64,000 bases of DNA, taken from positions 7,050 to 71,049 of the forward strand of contig JBFHVQ010000003.1 in assembly GCA_041589455.1 (NCBI GenBank). The letters run 5' to 3'. The notes below the pieces were generated by a model. The model did not search any database, had not been told where the DNA came from, and saw nothing but the letters and a program-made list of their open reading frames with translations. Made by a program: the position numbers and the translations under genes. This stretch comes from Gammaproteobacteria bacterium. GTDB lineage: Bacteria; Pseudomonadota; Gammaproteobacteria; SZUA-229. The first letter of the stretch is position 1. Each line of letters begins with the position of its first letter. Below are positions 42,990 to 53,280 of the stretch, in pieces.

Positions 42990-43307
42990 ATGAGCGATGT
43001 TTTAACAAAACTAGCAGAGGTGCTGGAACAGCGGAAACAGGCTGAGCCAGACTCTTCTTATGTTGCCAAACTGTATAGCAAAGGTCTGGATTCGATCCTT
43101 AAGAAAATAGGGGAAGAAGCGACCGAAACAGTGATGGCGGCGAAAGATGGTGATGCAGATAAAATAATTTATGAAACAGCAGACCTGTGGTTTCACTGTA
43201 TGGTGTTGCTGGCGCAGCAGGACTTAAGTCCTAATGATGTTTTAAAGGAATTAGACAGGCGATTTGGACTGTCTGGCCTTGAAGAAAAAGCTTCAAGAAA
43301 AAATTAA
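42990..43307 (+). CDS. hisE: Phosphoribosyl-ATP pyrophosphatase
   Basis: [16 protein letters not shown]...[10 protein letters not shown]...KIGEEATE...ETADLWFH. I use the internal Met at 42990 (105 aa) rather than the track start at 42942. Confidence 0.92.
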   Translation: MSDVLTKLAEVLEQRKQAEPDSSYVAKLYSKGLDSILKKIGEEATETVMAAKDGDADKIIYETADLWFHCMVLLAQQDLSPNDVLKELDRRFGLSGLEEKASRKN

Positions 43308-43360
43308 CAGACTGCCAGTTGGTGGTCTTCAATCTATGCAGATTAAGAGGATAAAGAGTT

Positions 43361-43582
43361 ATGGGTATTAGTATTTGGCAATTGGTGATTGTGCTTGGCA
43401 TTGTTGTGCTGTTATTTGGGACAAAAAAATTGCGTAATATGGGTGGGGACATGGGTTCTGCGATCAATAGCTTTAAGAAGGCTATGAAAGATGGCGAAAA
43501 AGATGCTGATAAAAATCTCGAAAATAAAAATGATAATGTGATTGAAGCTGAAGTAACCAAGAAAGACAAAGACCAGGCGTAA
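43361..43582 (+). CDS. tatA: Twin-arginine translocase subunit TatA
   Basis: 73 aa, [32 protein letters not shown]. Confidence 0.93.
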   Translation: MGISIWQLVIVLGIVVLLFGTKKLRNMGGDMGSAINSFKKAMKDGEKDADKNLENKNDNVIEAEVTKKDKDQA

Positions 43583-43604
43583 TTGCCCGATGAATTTGTA
43601 AACT

Positions 43605-44099
43605 ATGTTTGATATTGGTTTTCTAGAGCTCACCATTATTCTGGTATTGTCGTTACTGGTGTTGGGGCCTGAACGACTGCCCAAAGCAGCCAAATCAGTT
43701 GGTTACTGGTTTGGTAAGGCGCGTCGTTATGTGGATAGTATGAAGTCACAGGTCGAGGCTGAATTTGATACGGCTGAAGTCAAGCGCCTGTTGCATAATC
43801 AGGAAGTGCAGATTCGTGAGCTACAGACCAAGCTGCAAAAAGGCAGTGATGATTTACTCAATGATGAAGCACATGAAGAGTATGAGCCAAATCCTGTAAA
43901 CCAGGAGCTGCAGCATAATGAGGCATTGGCCGAGAAAAAGACCGATTACCCGCAATATGATATTGTCGAAGAAGATGATGATGAGTGGGATGACTTGATA
44001 GAAAGTAACCCTAAAAAAGAACAGCTACCTGATTCTGGAATAAATCAGTCTGATATTGTTACGGAAGAACCTCCTGCAGCAGAAGGCAAAACTCAATGA
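43605..44099 (+). CDS. tatB: Twin-arginine translocase subunit TatB
   Basis: 164 aa, MFDIGFLELTIILVLSLLVLGPERLPK, with an acidic C-terminal tail. Confidence 0.9.
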   Translation: MFDIGFLELTIILVLSLLVLGPERLPKAAKSVGYWFGKARRYVDSMKSQVEAEFDTAEVKRLLHNQEVQIRELQTKLQKGSDDLLNDEAHEEYEPNPVNQELQHNEALAEKKTDYPQYDIVEEDDDEWDDLIESNPKKEQLPDSGINQSDIVTEEPPAAEGKTQ

Positions 44100-44935
44100 G
44101 TGAAAACCTGGGTCAGAAGGATGATAAAAAGGAGCTGGGATTTATTGGTCACCTTATCGAGTTAAGAGATCGATTATTAAGAAGTGTCCTGGTTATACTG
44201 TTTGTTTTTCTTTTTGCCTTTCCGTTTGCAAATGATATCTATCATTACCTGTCGCTGCCAGTTGTAGAAAACATGGGAGAAGGCGCGAGTATGATAGCGA
44301 CGGGTGTTATCTCGCCTTTCCTCACGCCGATAAAACTGGCGTTTATCGTGTCAATATTTATTGCCTTTCCCTATTTAATCTTTGAAGCCTGGGCATTTAT
44401 TGCGCCGGGTTTATATAAGCATGAGAAAAAACTTGCCTTACCATTGATAGTTTCCAGTGCGATACTGTTTTATATTGGGATCGCATTTGCATACTTTATA
44501 GTGTTGCCTAATGTGTTCACCTTTATGATGTCGATGGCGATAGAGGGAGTAGAGCATGCGCCTGATATAACTTATTATCTGGACTTTACTTTAAAGTTAT
44601 TTTTTGCGTTTGGTATAGCGTTTGAAGTACCAATAGCAACGATACTGCTTGTGCTTGCAGGTATTACTACACCACAAAGTCTTGCAGAAAAGCGGCCGTA
44701 TATTATTGTCGGTGCATTTGTTTTTGGGATGTTGCTTACTCCTCCGGACCCTGCGTCCCAGGTTATGCTGGCAATACCCATGTGGCTGTTATTTGAAGTG
44801 GGTCTTATATTGTCCCGATTAATAAAAAAGAATCGGCCGGAAGAAGATGCTTATAATCCGATGACAGAAGATGAAATGGAAGCAGAGCTTGATCGAATTG
44901 AAGCTGAGGATGATAATAAATCTCCCAAGCTATAG
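44096..44935 (+). CDS. tatC: Twin-arginine translocase subunit TatC
   Basis: 279 aa, 6 TM, HLIELRDRLL...PGLYKHEK...LTPPDP. Confidence 0.93.
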   Translation: MSENLGQKDDKKELGFIGHLIELRDRLLRSVLVILFVFLFAFPFANDIYHYLSLPVVENMGEGASMIATGVISPFLTPIKLAFIVSIFIAFPYLIFEAWAFIAPGLYKHEKKLALPLIVSSAILFYIGIAFAYFIVLPNVFTFMMSMAIEGVEHAPDITYYLDFTLKLFFAFGIAFEVPIATILLVLAGITTPQSLAEKRPYIIVGAFVFGMLLTPPDPASQVMLAIPMWLLFEVGLILSRLIKKNRPEEDAYNPMTEDEMEAELDRIEAEDDNKSPKL

Positions 44936-44961
44936 GTGTTAGCTACTAAAAGACAGGTGTC

Positions 44962-46746
44962 GTGATGAATAAAATGTTCGTGATGTCTATCTACTACCTG
45001 TTTATATCTTTGCTCTTATGGGTGGCACCGTTATCGGCAAAAAACATTACTTCTAACAACATGTCTCCATATGTGCGTATGCATGTTAGTGATGCGGTGA
45101 AATGGCAGCGTTGGGATGAAGATGTAATTCTTCGTGCGCAAAAAGAGAAAAAACTTATTCTAATCTCCAGTGGTTACTTTTCCTGTCACTGGTGTCATGT
45201 GATGCAGCGTGAAAGTTTTAATGACAAATCAGTTGCAGAGATTCTAAATCGTTATTTTATTCCTGTAAAAGTTGATCGAGAGCTAGAGCCTGTTTTAGAT
45301 AGTTATTTAATTGAGTTTATGAAAAAAACTCAAGGTTATGCGGGGTGGCCGTTAAATGTGTTTCTGACACCCAGTGGTTATCCTCTAACTGGGCTTGTCT
45401 ATCAGACTAAACCAAAATTTCTGGATACGCTTGTCTTGCTTAAGGAGAAATGGAGTAGCCAGTCAGTCAGGCTGGAAAAAATATCATTAGATGTGTTTAA
45501 TCATCTTTCACAAATGGAGCGTAAGGCATCTAATGTTACAGCTAAAGATTTGTTAAAGATAATCCTGAATGATGTCAGAGAAAGCATGGATGAATTTGAG
45601 GGTGGATTTGGCAATCAGTCAAAATTTCCAAGGCCACATTTAATGATGGCGCTGTTAGATATTTATGTAAAAAAACCTGAGCCGTGGCTTAAAGACTTTA
45701 TACAGTTAACTCTGAAACAGATGGCCGAACGAGGACTGCATGATTCAGTATTTGGTGGATTTTTTCGTTATACAGTTGATCAAAGCTGGAATGTGCCGCA
45801 CTTCGAAAAAATGCTCTATGTTAATGCCTCTATGCTGTCACTATATGTCAAAGCCTATGAAGTTTTCAATAATAATAAGTGGCTGATGCTGGCGAAAGAG
45901 ACGATGGACTTTATTGTGGCGGATATGACTGATGGGAAAGATGGATATGTTAGTGCGTTGACTGCGCAGAGTCAGCGAGGCGGCGAGGGTGCTGCTTATA
46001 TATGGCGTGATGGGGAATTAACTGGAGAATTGAATCAAAAGCAATATGAGTGGTTTGTGAAGAATTCAATAGAAATCACAATCGAAAATACAAATTATCG
46101 TTTTGCAATAGGTAATTGGTCGACACGGTTTGGTAAGGAAATGCAAAGCTTGCTACGCGCTAAGAAACAACAGGTCCGGCATCTAAAGGATAAAAAATTT
46201 ATAATTTCATGGAATGCCTATTTATTGAGTGCAATGTTGGAATTAAATACAGTGCTTCAAAATGAAGAATATGATGAGATTGTATCCCGGCTATATAGCC
46301 GTCTTAAAAATGAATTTTTTAATACTAACCAAGTAAAGCAGTTGAGCGGGAATTCGGAGTTATTATCTGATTATGTATTTATGGCAAATGCTATTAACAT
46401 GTGGCAAAAATATAAGCATAGTAATAAAGATAAAAGATTGCTGAAACAGTTGATTATGGATATCTTAGAAAAATTTCGAATGGAAGGGGGCTGGCGTTTA
46501 ACAGGTAAGGGGATAATTCCGTTACCAGAAAATATCGTCAGTATTGCAGATGGTAATTTACCATCTACTGATGCTGTTTTCTTGAAGTTGCTGATGTTGC
46601 TTCCTGACGAGCAGATGCAGGGATTGGCGGTAACCAGGGAAAATATGTATCCAGTGTCAAGACGTGTTGAGGAGCAGTCAATGGAGTATGCGACACATAT
46701 TGCTGTAAGGCTGGAGCTGGAATCACCAAAGGCGCAAGGATGGTAA
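44962..46746 (+). CDS. Exported DUF255 thioredoxin-fold protein with a C-terminal alpha/alpha-barrel-like region (YyaL/SPATA20 family)
   Basis: 594 aa with an N-terminal signal peptide (...LLLWVAPLSA/KN) and the DUF255 motif SSGYFSCHWCHVMQRESF. It starts 26 nt after tatC. Confidence 0.75.
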   Translation: MMNKMFVMSIYYLFISLLLWVAPLSAKNITSNNMSPYVRMHVSDAVKWQRWDEDVILRAQKEKKLILISSGYFSCHWCHVMQRESFNDKSVAEILNRYFIPVKVDRELEPVLDSYLIEFMKKTQGYAGWPLNVFLTPSGYPLTGLVYQTKPKFLDTLVLLKEKWSSQSVRLEKISLDVFNHLSQMERKASNVTAKDLLKIILNDVRESMDEFEGGFGNQSKFPRPHLMMALLDIYVKKPEPWLKDFIQLTLKQMAERGLHDSVFGGFFRYTVDQSWNVPHFEKMLYVNASMLSLYVKAYEVFNNNKWLMLAKETMDFIVADMTDGKDGYVSALTAQSQRGGEGAAYIWRDGELTGELNQKQYEWFVKNSIEITIENTNYRFAIGNWSTRFGKEMQSLLRAKKQQVRHLKDKKFIISWNAYLLSAMLELNTVLQNEEYDEIVSRLYSRLKNEFFNTNQVKQLSGNSELLSDYVFMANAINMWQKYKHSNKDKRLLKQLIMDILEKFRMEGGWRLTGKGIIPLPENIVSIADGNLPSTDAVFLKLLMLLPDEQMQGLAVTRENMYPVSRRVEEQSMEYATHIAVRLELESPKAQGW

Positions 46747-46916
46747 AATCCAAAACCATTGTAAAAATAAGGATAATGTGACAGTGTGACGAGTGCCAGA
46801 TAAAATAATACAGGATTTGCTAATATTCCACACACAGCTAGTCAAACTCCTGTATAATATGCGCCGGTAAAAGTAAAGAGAAAACTTACGAGCTTAATAA
46901 ACTAGAGAATTTCATA

Positions 46917-48461
46917 ATGGCTGAAAAGCGCAGTGTTCCCCGTCGTCCTACTCTACTTGTCATACTTGATGGATTTGGAGTAAATCCAAGTCGAATAAAT
47001 AATGCTGTCGTAGAAGCAAATACACCTCGGCTCGATGAATATTTCTCGAAAAACGCTCATATTACTTTAGAGGCTTCAGGGCGCTCAGTTGGGCTGCCAT
47101 CGGGCCAGATGGGCAACTCTGAGGTAGGTCACCTGACGCTGGGTTGCGGCACGATCATGAAACAGGATCTGGTGCGTATTGACGACTCCATCGAGAGTGA
47201 AGAGTTCTTTGATAATGCAGCGCTGGTAGCGGCTATGGAAGATGCTGTTAAACGTGAGCGCCCAATGCATCTGATAGGTCTGGTATCAGATGGTGGCGTG
47301 CATAGCCACACCAATCACCTATGTGCTCTTATCAAAATGTGTGGTCGATATAAGGTAAAGCCGCTGGTTCACATGATTACTGATGGCCGTGATACTGCAC
47401 CAATGGCTGCAATGGGTTATCTATCGGGTCTTGAGGAAGCGCTTGATGATGCAAATGGCGCAATCGCGACTATATGTGGACGTTACTATGCGATGGATCG
47501 TGATAATCGTTGGGATAGAACTGAAATAGCATTTAAAGCATTGGCTGATCTCAAAGGCGAAATGCATGAAGCGCCACGTTATGCGATTGAGGCTTCCTAC
47601 AATAATGATGTTACTGACGAATTCATTATGCCGTGTATTTTCCCGGAGGCAGAGAAAATTGAAGGAGATGACAATGTCATATTCTTTAATTTCAGAAATG
47701 ATCGTCCACGTCAGTTAACAGCAGCACTTAGCCAGCAGCACTTTGATGGTTTTGATCGTGGAGAGTTTGATCCAGTAACAGTTACCTGTCTTACTGAGTA
47801 TGATCCCCAGTTTCTATTACCCATTGCGTTTGCGCCACAACGCCCAACTACAACCCTGGCCTCTGTTGTTAGCCGAGCTGGATTCAAACAGCTTCATTGC
47901 GCAGAAACAGAAAAGTATGCACATGTAACGTTCTTTTTTAATGGTGGTCGTGAAGAGCCATGGGCTGGAGAAGATCGAGTTATGGTGCCATCACCAAAAG
48001 TTTCAACCTATGACCAGGCGCCAGAAATGAGTGCGCATGAAGTGTCTGACAAGATGATTGATGCGTTGCAGTCACATGATTATGGCTTTCTGGTAGTGAA
48101 TTTTGCAAATGGAGACATGGTTGGTCATACGGCGAAGCGCGAAGCGATTATTAAAGGTGTTGAAGCGATGGATGCTCAGGTAGGTCGCTTGCTTGATGTG
48201 GCTGTAGCGGAGGGCTACTCAGTATTGTTAACTGCAGACCATGGTAATTGCGACGAAATGGTTGATCCAGTTACTGGAGAACCGCATACGCAGCATACAG
48301 TATACCCTGTACCATGTATGATCATAGATCAGGACAACTGGCGACTTAATACAGGTATGGGTCTAAGTGGTGTGGCGCCGACAATATTGCAACTAATGGG
48401 CTTGCAGCAGCCCCCAGAAATGTTGGGGCAAAGTATATTACTGGAATCATTTAGCAAGTAA
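46917..48461 (+). CDS. gpmI: 2,3-bisphosphoglycerate-independent phosphoglycerate mutase
   Basis: 514 aa, LVILDGFG...GNSEVGHLTLG...SDGGVHSH...TADHGN. Confidence 0.95.
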   Translation: MAEKRSVPRRPTLLVILDGFGVNPSRINNAVVEANTPRLDEYFSKNAHITLEASGRSVGLPSGQMGNSEVGHLTLGCGTIMKQDLVRIDDSIESEEFFDNAALVAAMEDAVKRERPMHLIGLVSDGGVHSHTNHLCALIKMCGRYKVKPLVHMITDGRDTAPMAAMGYLSGLEEALDDANGAIATICGRYYAMDRDNRWDRTEIAFKALADLKGEMHEAPRYAIEASYNNDVTDEFIMPCIFPEAEKIEGDDNVIFFNFRNDRPRQLTAALSQQHFDGFDRGEFDPVTVTCLTEYDPQFLLPIAFAPQRPTTTLASVVSRAGFKQLHCAETEKYAHVTFFFNGGREEPWAGEDRVMVPSPKVSTYDQAPEMSAHEVSDKMIDALQSHDYGFLVVNFANGDMVGHTAKREAIIKGVEAMDAQVGRLLDVAVAEGYSVLLTADHGNCDEMVDPVTGEPHTQHTVYPVPCMIIDQDNWRLNTGMGLSGVAPTILQLMGLQQPPEMLGQSILLESFSK

Positions 48462-48586
48462 TTAAAGTAGTGCGCGCCATTAATCGAATGACAAGAGTGA
48501 TGTTAGTTACCTGGATTATGGTTATTTAATAGTATAACCAGATTAGAAGTGGAAGTGGCATGATTAACTGCCTGAGTTTTTGCCAG

Positions 48587-49786
48587 TTATGTGTCATGGA
48601 ACTTACTATACATTATTTTTAGTGATACAGGTGTGAGAAGAGTGGTTAACGCTATTACGATGACCATTGCGGCATGAATTTCTGGATTGAAGATCCCGCT
48701 AATATGACCCAGTTCGGCAAATACTAATCCGACCTCTCCCCTAGGTACCATTGACATACCAATTAGGACGCGAGTCTTCCAGCTCTCATTTATCAATAGT
48801 GCGCCAATAAATTTACTGAATACGGCGATGATAAAAAATACGATCGAGAATTTCCATATAAAGGTTGAGCTCCAGTCAATTTCTCTAAGATCTAGAGACA
48901 TACCAACCATTACGAAAAAAATAGGTGTAAAAAGCTGAATGATTGGCCTCATCTGATCTCTGATGTGTGAAGCAAATACAGGGTCAGTACGTAGTACCAT
49001 TCCAAATGGTAAAAAGAAGCGTCTTGATAAAGCAAGGCCCGCTGCAAAACCACCTATCAGCTCTGGTGCACCAATTACATGGGCTAACCACGCAAAGAAT
49101 AGTACCAATGCTACCATGCTGGTGGGTATTAATCCGGGTATGTGCTCAGTATCTTCATAGCGTTTTATTAAGCCTGAAATAAGTTTGGCCGCAATTGGTG
49201 CACAAAAAAAGAAAACACTCACAAAGATAAATACTTTACTGGCATTAATAAAGCTAACGCCATCGTTGGTACTGAATTCATATAGCAAGGCAAGCAAAAT
49301 AACACCAAGTACATCATCAAGTACAGCTGCGCCAAGGACTATTTGACCTTCTCTTTTGTTGTGCCGTTTTACATCTGATAATACGCGAATGGTAATTCCG
49401 ATACTGGTTGCGGTCAGTGTGCCGCCAACAAAAAGTGATACTAATAGGGAAATATCAAAAAACCAGTAACAGATAAATGCACCAATTAGAAATGGCATGA
49501 CAAATCCAAACAGTGCAACAGTAATAGATTTATTGCCAGCATCAATAAGTCTTTTTATATCAGTTTCAAGGCCAACTGAAAAAAGAAGGAGAATAATGCC
49601 TATTTCGGCGAGTAATTTTATAACTTCATTCGGTTCAAGATAGCCAAGTACGCTTGGTCCGAGGACAACACCAGCTATCAGTTCGCCTATTACGGATGGT
49701 GCGTTGAGTCGTACAGCGATTTCTGCAAACAAACGTGCAGAAACTAAAATGACCAGTAGATGAAGAAAAAAAGTATGTGTTTCCAT
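48587..49786 (-). CDS. Cation:proton antiporter (Na+/H+ exchanger family, CPA2-like, no KTN domain)
   Basis: 399 aa with ~11-12 TM segments. The N-terminus LLVILVSARLFAEIAVRLNAPSVIGELIAGVVLGPS is typical of Kef/NapA-type transporters. Confidence 0.8.
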   Translation of the reverse strand: METHTFFLHLLVILVSARLFAEIAVRLNAPSVIGELIAGVVLGPSVLGYLEPNEVIKLLAEIGIILLLFSVGLETDIKRLIDAGNKSITVALFGFVMPFLIGAFICYWFFDISLLVSLFVGGTLTATSIGITIRVLSDVKRHNKREGQIVLGAAVLDDVLGVILLALLYEFSTNDGVSFINASKVFIFVSVFFFCAPIAAKLISGLIKRYEDTEHIPGLIPTSMVALVLFFAWLAHVIGAPELIGGFAAGLALSRRFFLPFGMVLRTDPVFASHIRDQMRPIIQLFTPIFFVMVGMSLDLREIDWSSTFIWKFSIVFFIIAVFSKFIGALLINESWKTRVLIGMSMVPRGEVGLVFAELGHISGIFNPEIHAAMVIVIALTTLLTPVSLKIMYSKFHDT

Positions 49787-50190
49787 CCTGGTGTCATGAC
49801 TGTTAATTGCATTACTACTAGTCTAATACAATGTAAGCGAGAATTCTTAGTTCTTGAAATGTAAGAGTATTTGGTGAAAGGAATTAAAGGATAGCTATAT
49901 AATTAGATGCTTCTATTAATAAAGATAATAAGACGTATAAGTCTGGCGAATGATTCGTTAAGCCATCTATCCTAAATGGTGAAATAAATACAACTTGAAA
50001 AAGTTAATAATGAGTCACAGTATAGGCTGTTAGTTGTCTAATGATATTGACTATAGAATGTAGAATAGAAGTGTTGAAAAGACTATCAACATTAGAAAAT
50101 TTGGGTGGGCGGAAAATATACTTAATGTGATGATAAATGATTTCTTATAAAATAAATAATAAATCAATGGAAATGACTCATGAGGAGGAG

Positions 50191-52509
50191 TCATAAGCTA
50201 TTATTCATGTTTGTAGCATTGGTAGATAAAAAGTTATTTTCAAGAATGTATGTACGGAATGTATTGATTTCTTCTAAAACTATAGCTGCTTGATGTTCCA
50301 CAAGATCAAATTTAGAGTCTTTCGATTTTAATGTTTCCATTAAAGAGTGAGTAGCATCATGTAGTGACTTGGCCCCAATGACGCAGGTAGACCCAGCTAG
50401 CTTGTGAGTGGAGCTGTACATGTCTAAAGTGTTTTGGTCGTTTAATGCTTGCTGGATTTGGTTTTCATATGTAGCAAGTGACTCAATAAATTCCTTTAAT
50501 AGATTGTCGGCGACAATTTCTTTTCCGCCAACTGCATTAATGGCTAATTGTCTGTCGTAAATGGCATTGCTGCTGTCATCAAAAGAGTCAATGGGCTGTA
50601 TTATTTTATTTTGAGAGCACCATTTAGATATCATATGATAAAGATCTTCAGCTTGATAAGGCTTTGAGAGTAAGTCATTCATGCCTGAATTAAGTGCGTC
50701 AACACGCGTGCCGGGGTAAGCGTGAGCAGTAAGTGCTATTATGGGTGTGGTTTCACAGTTCTTCAGTTGTCTTATTTTAGATGTGGCCTCAAAGCCACTA
50801 ATGTCTGGCATCTCAAGATCCATTAATATTAAATCAAAATGATTTGACTGTGCTTCTTTTAAAGCTTGAATTCCGCTATTAACTGCTACAGCGTGGATAT
50901 TGCGATTTTCTAATAAAGTTGTAGCAACCTGTAAATTTATAGAGTTGTCATCTACAACCATAATAGAAAGGTTAGATAAATCAGTTGTTTCAGTTGATGT
51001 AGTAGGCTCAGGCTCAGGCTCAGTAATGTTTTTTGCAATTTTTAGTGGCAAACATACTGTAAATGTTGTGCCTATGTCAGGTGTGCTCTTAAAGTTAATG
51101 GATCCTTTCATCATTGTAACAAGGCGCTGTGTGATGACAAGGCCAAGTCCTGTTCCGCCATATCGACGCGTGATTGAGCTATCACCTTGATGAAAAGGTT
51201 GGAATAATTTACTTTGATGTTCTAATGGAATGCCAATGCCTGTGTCTATTATTTTAATATTGAGTTCAACGGTATTTTCATTTAGGTGTGTGTGGTTAAG
51301 TTCAATAATGGTTTTTCCCTGATGTGTGAATTTTACGGCATTGCTTATAAGATTGGTCAGGATCTGTTTAAGTCGGACTGGGTCACCGATTAGATGATTT
51401 GGTATTGTGCTGTCTAAATGTGTTTCAAGTGATACGCCTTTATTATTAGCGCCAATTATAAATAGTGATGAAATATCATCAATCATTTCTTTCAGTGAAA
51501 AGCAGCTTTCAACGAGTTCGAGCTTTCCGGCTTCAATTTTGGACAAATCAAGAATATCATTTATTATCTCAAGTAATGAGTTTGTTGATATAGAAATGTT
51601 ATGTACATAGTTTGACTGTTCGTTATCTAGATCAGTGTTTTGAAGAAGATTTGTGAAACCAATTACGCCATTCATAGGAGTACGAATTTCATGGCTCATG
51701 GTGGCAATGAAATCGCTTTTGGCTTTATTGGCGGATTCTGCTTCTAACATTGCTCGTTCAAGATCGTGCGTGCGGTCAATTACTAGTCGTTCAAGATCTT
51801 TTCTGTATGAAGTAAGTTCATTGTCATAGCTATTGATCTGGTTCAGCATAATATTAAAGCCGTCAACTAGAGTCCCGAATTCGTCATTAGTCGTGCGTTC
51901 TGCTCTATGACTGAAATCTTTTCTATTGGCTACATGCTTCATTGTTGAAAGAAGATTATTAATAGGTGTTGAAATTATTTTATGTAACCAGTTGGAGAGA
52001 AAGAGAGCAAGAGCCATAGAGAGTATAAAAATGCCAATGGTCATATATAGTTGTTGCAGTAGAGTCTCTCTTGCCTTGTTCATATTGGCAATAACTTCTA
52101 TATTGCCGATGACTTCATTGTGTATCTGAATGGGGATGTTTGTGATTATATTGTTAAATAAATTCCATGAATTGTTAGTGCCTGATGTGGTGTGAAATTG
52201 ATCGTTGTTACGATATTCAGAGAATACATGATTGTTAATGTCATATATGGTTACTTGTAAAATGTCGGGCTGTGATTTTATAGATGATAGTATCTCGTTT
52301 GTTGCTTTTTTGTCCTGAAATATAATAGCAGCTGTACTGTTGGCGCTTAATATTTTCGCAAGCGATGTAATACGTATTTCAGTTTGACTTCGTGCAGTCC
52401 CATATTCTAATGCCATGAAGAGTGAGAGCGAGACAACTAGAACCATTGCTGCAGTAAACAGGATAATATAAACAAGTTTGTTTTTAATGGAAGAGCTAGA
52501 GAAAATCAT
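50191..52509 (-). CDS. Hybrid sensor histidine kinase (TM - periplasmic sensor - TM - HAMP - HisKA - HATPase_c - REC - HPt)
   Basis: 772 aa. H-box [17 protein letters not shown]. HATPase has DTGIGIP and [13 protein letters not shown] has [11 protein letters not shown]...[14 protein letters not shown]...KP. HPt is THKLAGS. The ATG overlaps the upstream DUF4154 stop (ATGA). Confidence 0.85.
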   Translation of the reverse strand: MIFSSSSIKNKLVYIILFTAAMVLVVSLSLFMALEYGTARSQTEIRITSLAKILSANSTAAIIFQDKKATNEILSSIKSQPDILQVTIYDINNHVFSEYRNNDQFHTTSGTNNSWNLFNNIITNIPIQIHNEVIGNIEVIANMNKARETLLQQLYMTIGIFILSMALALFLSNWLHKIISTPINNLLSTMKHVANRKDFSHRAERTTNDEFGTLVDGFNIMLNQINSYDNELTSYRKDLERLVIDRTHDLERAMLEAESANKAKSDFIATMSHEIRTPMNGVIGFTNLLQNTDLDNEQSNYVHNISISTNSLLEIINDILDLSKIEAGKLELVESCFSLKEMIDDISSLFIIGANNKGVSLETHLDSTIPNHLIGDPVRLKQILTNLISNAVKFTHQGKTIIELNHTHLNENTVELNIKIIDTGIGIPLEHQSKLFQPFHQGDSSITRRYGGTGLGLVITQRLVTMMKGSINFKSTPDIGTTFTVCLPLKIAKNITEPEPEPTTSTETTDLSNLSIMVVDDNSINLQVATTLLENRNIHAVAVNSGIQALKEAQSNHFDLILMDLEMPDISGFEATSKIRQLKNCETTPIIALTAHAYPGTRVDALNSGMNDLLSKPYQAEDLYHMISKWCSQNKIIQPIDSFDDSSNAIYDRQLAINAVGGKEIVADNLLKEFIESLATYENQIQQALNDQNTLDMYSSTHKLAGSTCVIGAKSLHDATHSLMETLKSKDSKFDLVEHQAAIVLEEINTFRTYILENNFLSTNATNMNNSL

Positions 52510-53084
52510 TGATTAGCTTCCATGTTAATAACATTAGCTAAAATCAATAGTCTTGAGCTGATTTCCAGCCCGGATTTTTTTGTGCTACCAATGTTTATGG
52601 TTAGTTTTGTTTGTCCACTGACTTTTTTTAGTTCTATCATGCCTCCATTGTGAGAAAAGTTATCGAAATGCGCGACGGTTAAAATAGGAGAATTCTGGAT
52701 TTTTTGTAAAAAACTTTTGTAATTCTTTTTTTCAGATTGAGCTATGTAAAGCAAATGGCATTTGTATAAATCTGTAGGCGCGATGTTTTTGGTGGTTAAG
52801 GTTTTAGATCTGATCTTTCTGCCGTTAAGATCTTCGAGGTGGTGTGTTAGCTCATCATGTCCTATGGTGCATAGTTTAATGGTGGGCGCTTCTTGTTCCC
52901 ATTTAATGTCTGGCCAGTTAGTGAATTTAATAAAGTTATATATGAAGGCAGCGGTGAATAGCTTGTCGTCATCATGTGTGTGGCCAGATAAAGGCAGCAG
53001 AAATAGAATGAAGAATATTGTGCAGGTGATTCTTCTAAAAATGCTTCTATGTGAATTAGATCTTTGCAATGTGCGTCCTTGCAA
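52506..53084 (-). CDS. YfiR-family periplasmic protein (DUF4154)
   Basis: 192 aa with a signal peptide ([21 protein letters not shown]) and the DUF4154-type core [18 protein letters not shown]. The start is TTG at 53084 or 53069. Confidence 0.7.
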   Translation of the reverse strand: MQGRTLQRSNSHRSIFRRITCTIFFILFLLPLSGHTHDDDKLFTAAFIYNFIKFTNWPDIKWEQEAPTIKLCTIGHDELTHHLEDLNGRKIRSKTLTTKNIAPTDLYKCHLLYIAQSEKKNYKSFLQKIQNSPILTVAHFDNFSHNGGMIELKKVSGQTKLTINIGSTKKSGLEISSRLLILANVINMEANQ

Positions 53085-53280
53085 TTAAAAGTGTCTGTCG
53101 GTTGTTGTGTCCGTGCTCGCCATGAAATAGGTTGCCCTGTTTTTTTTCTTAGAAAGATGGCGAAGGATTAAGGTAAATTGCTCTTTTTTTAAGAGCCAAC
53201 AGATAATTATTTTTATTACTGGTAAGTCCTTGTCGGACAGTTTTTCTGGCGTTAGAGTATCGGGGTAGATTGATCTCATA

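Noticed and set aside
46371-46835. 154-aa minus-strand ORF
   Set aside because: It is antisense to the 3' end of the DUF255 gene and extends into the intergenic region, with no SD and no motifs.
53085-53279. 64-aa minus-strand ORF between the receptor and the DUF4154 gene
   Set aside because: It fills the spacer exactly but has no SD, an odd composition and no recognisable features. The spacer is more likely regulatory, with a weak hairpin GCTCTT-AAAAA-AAGAGC.
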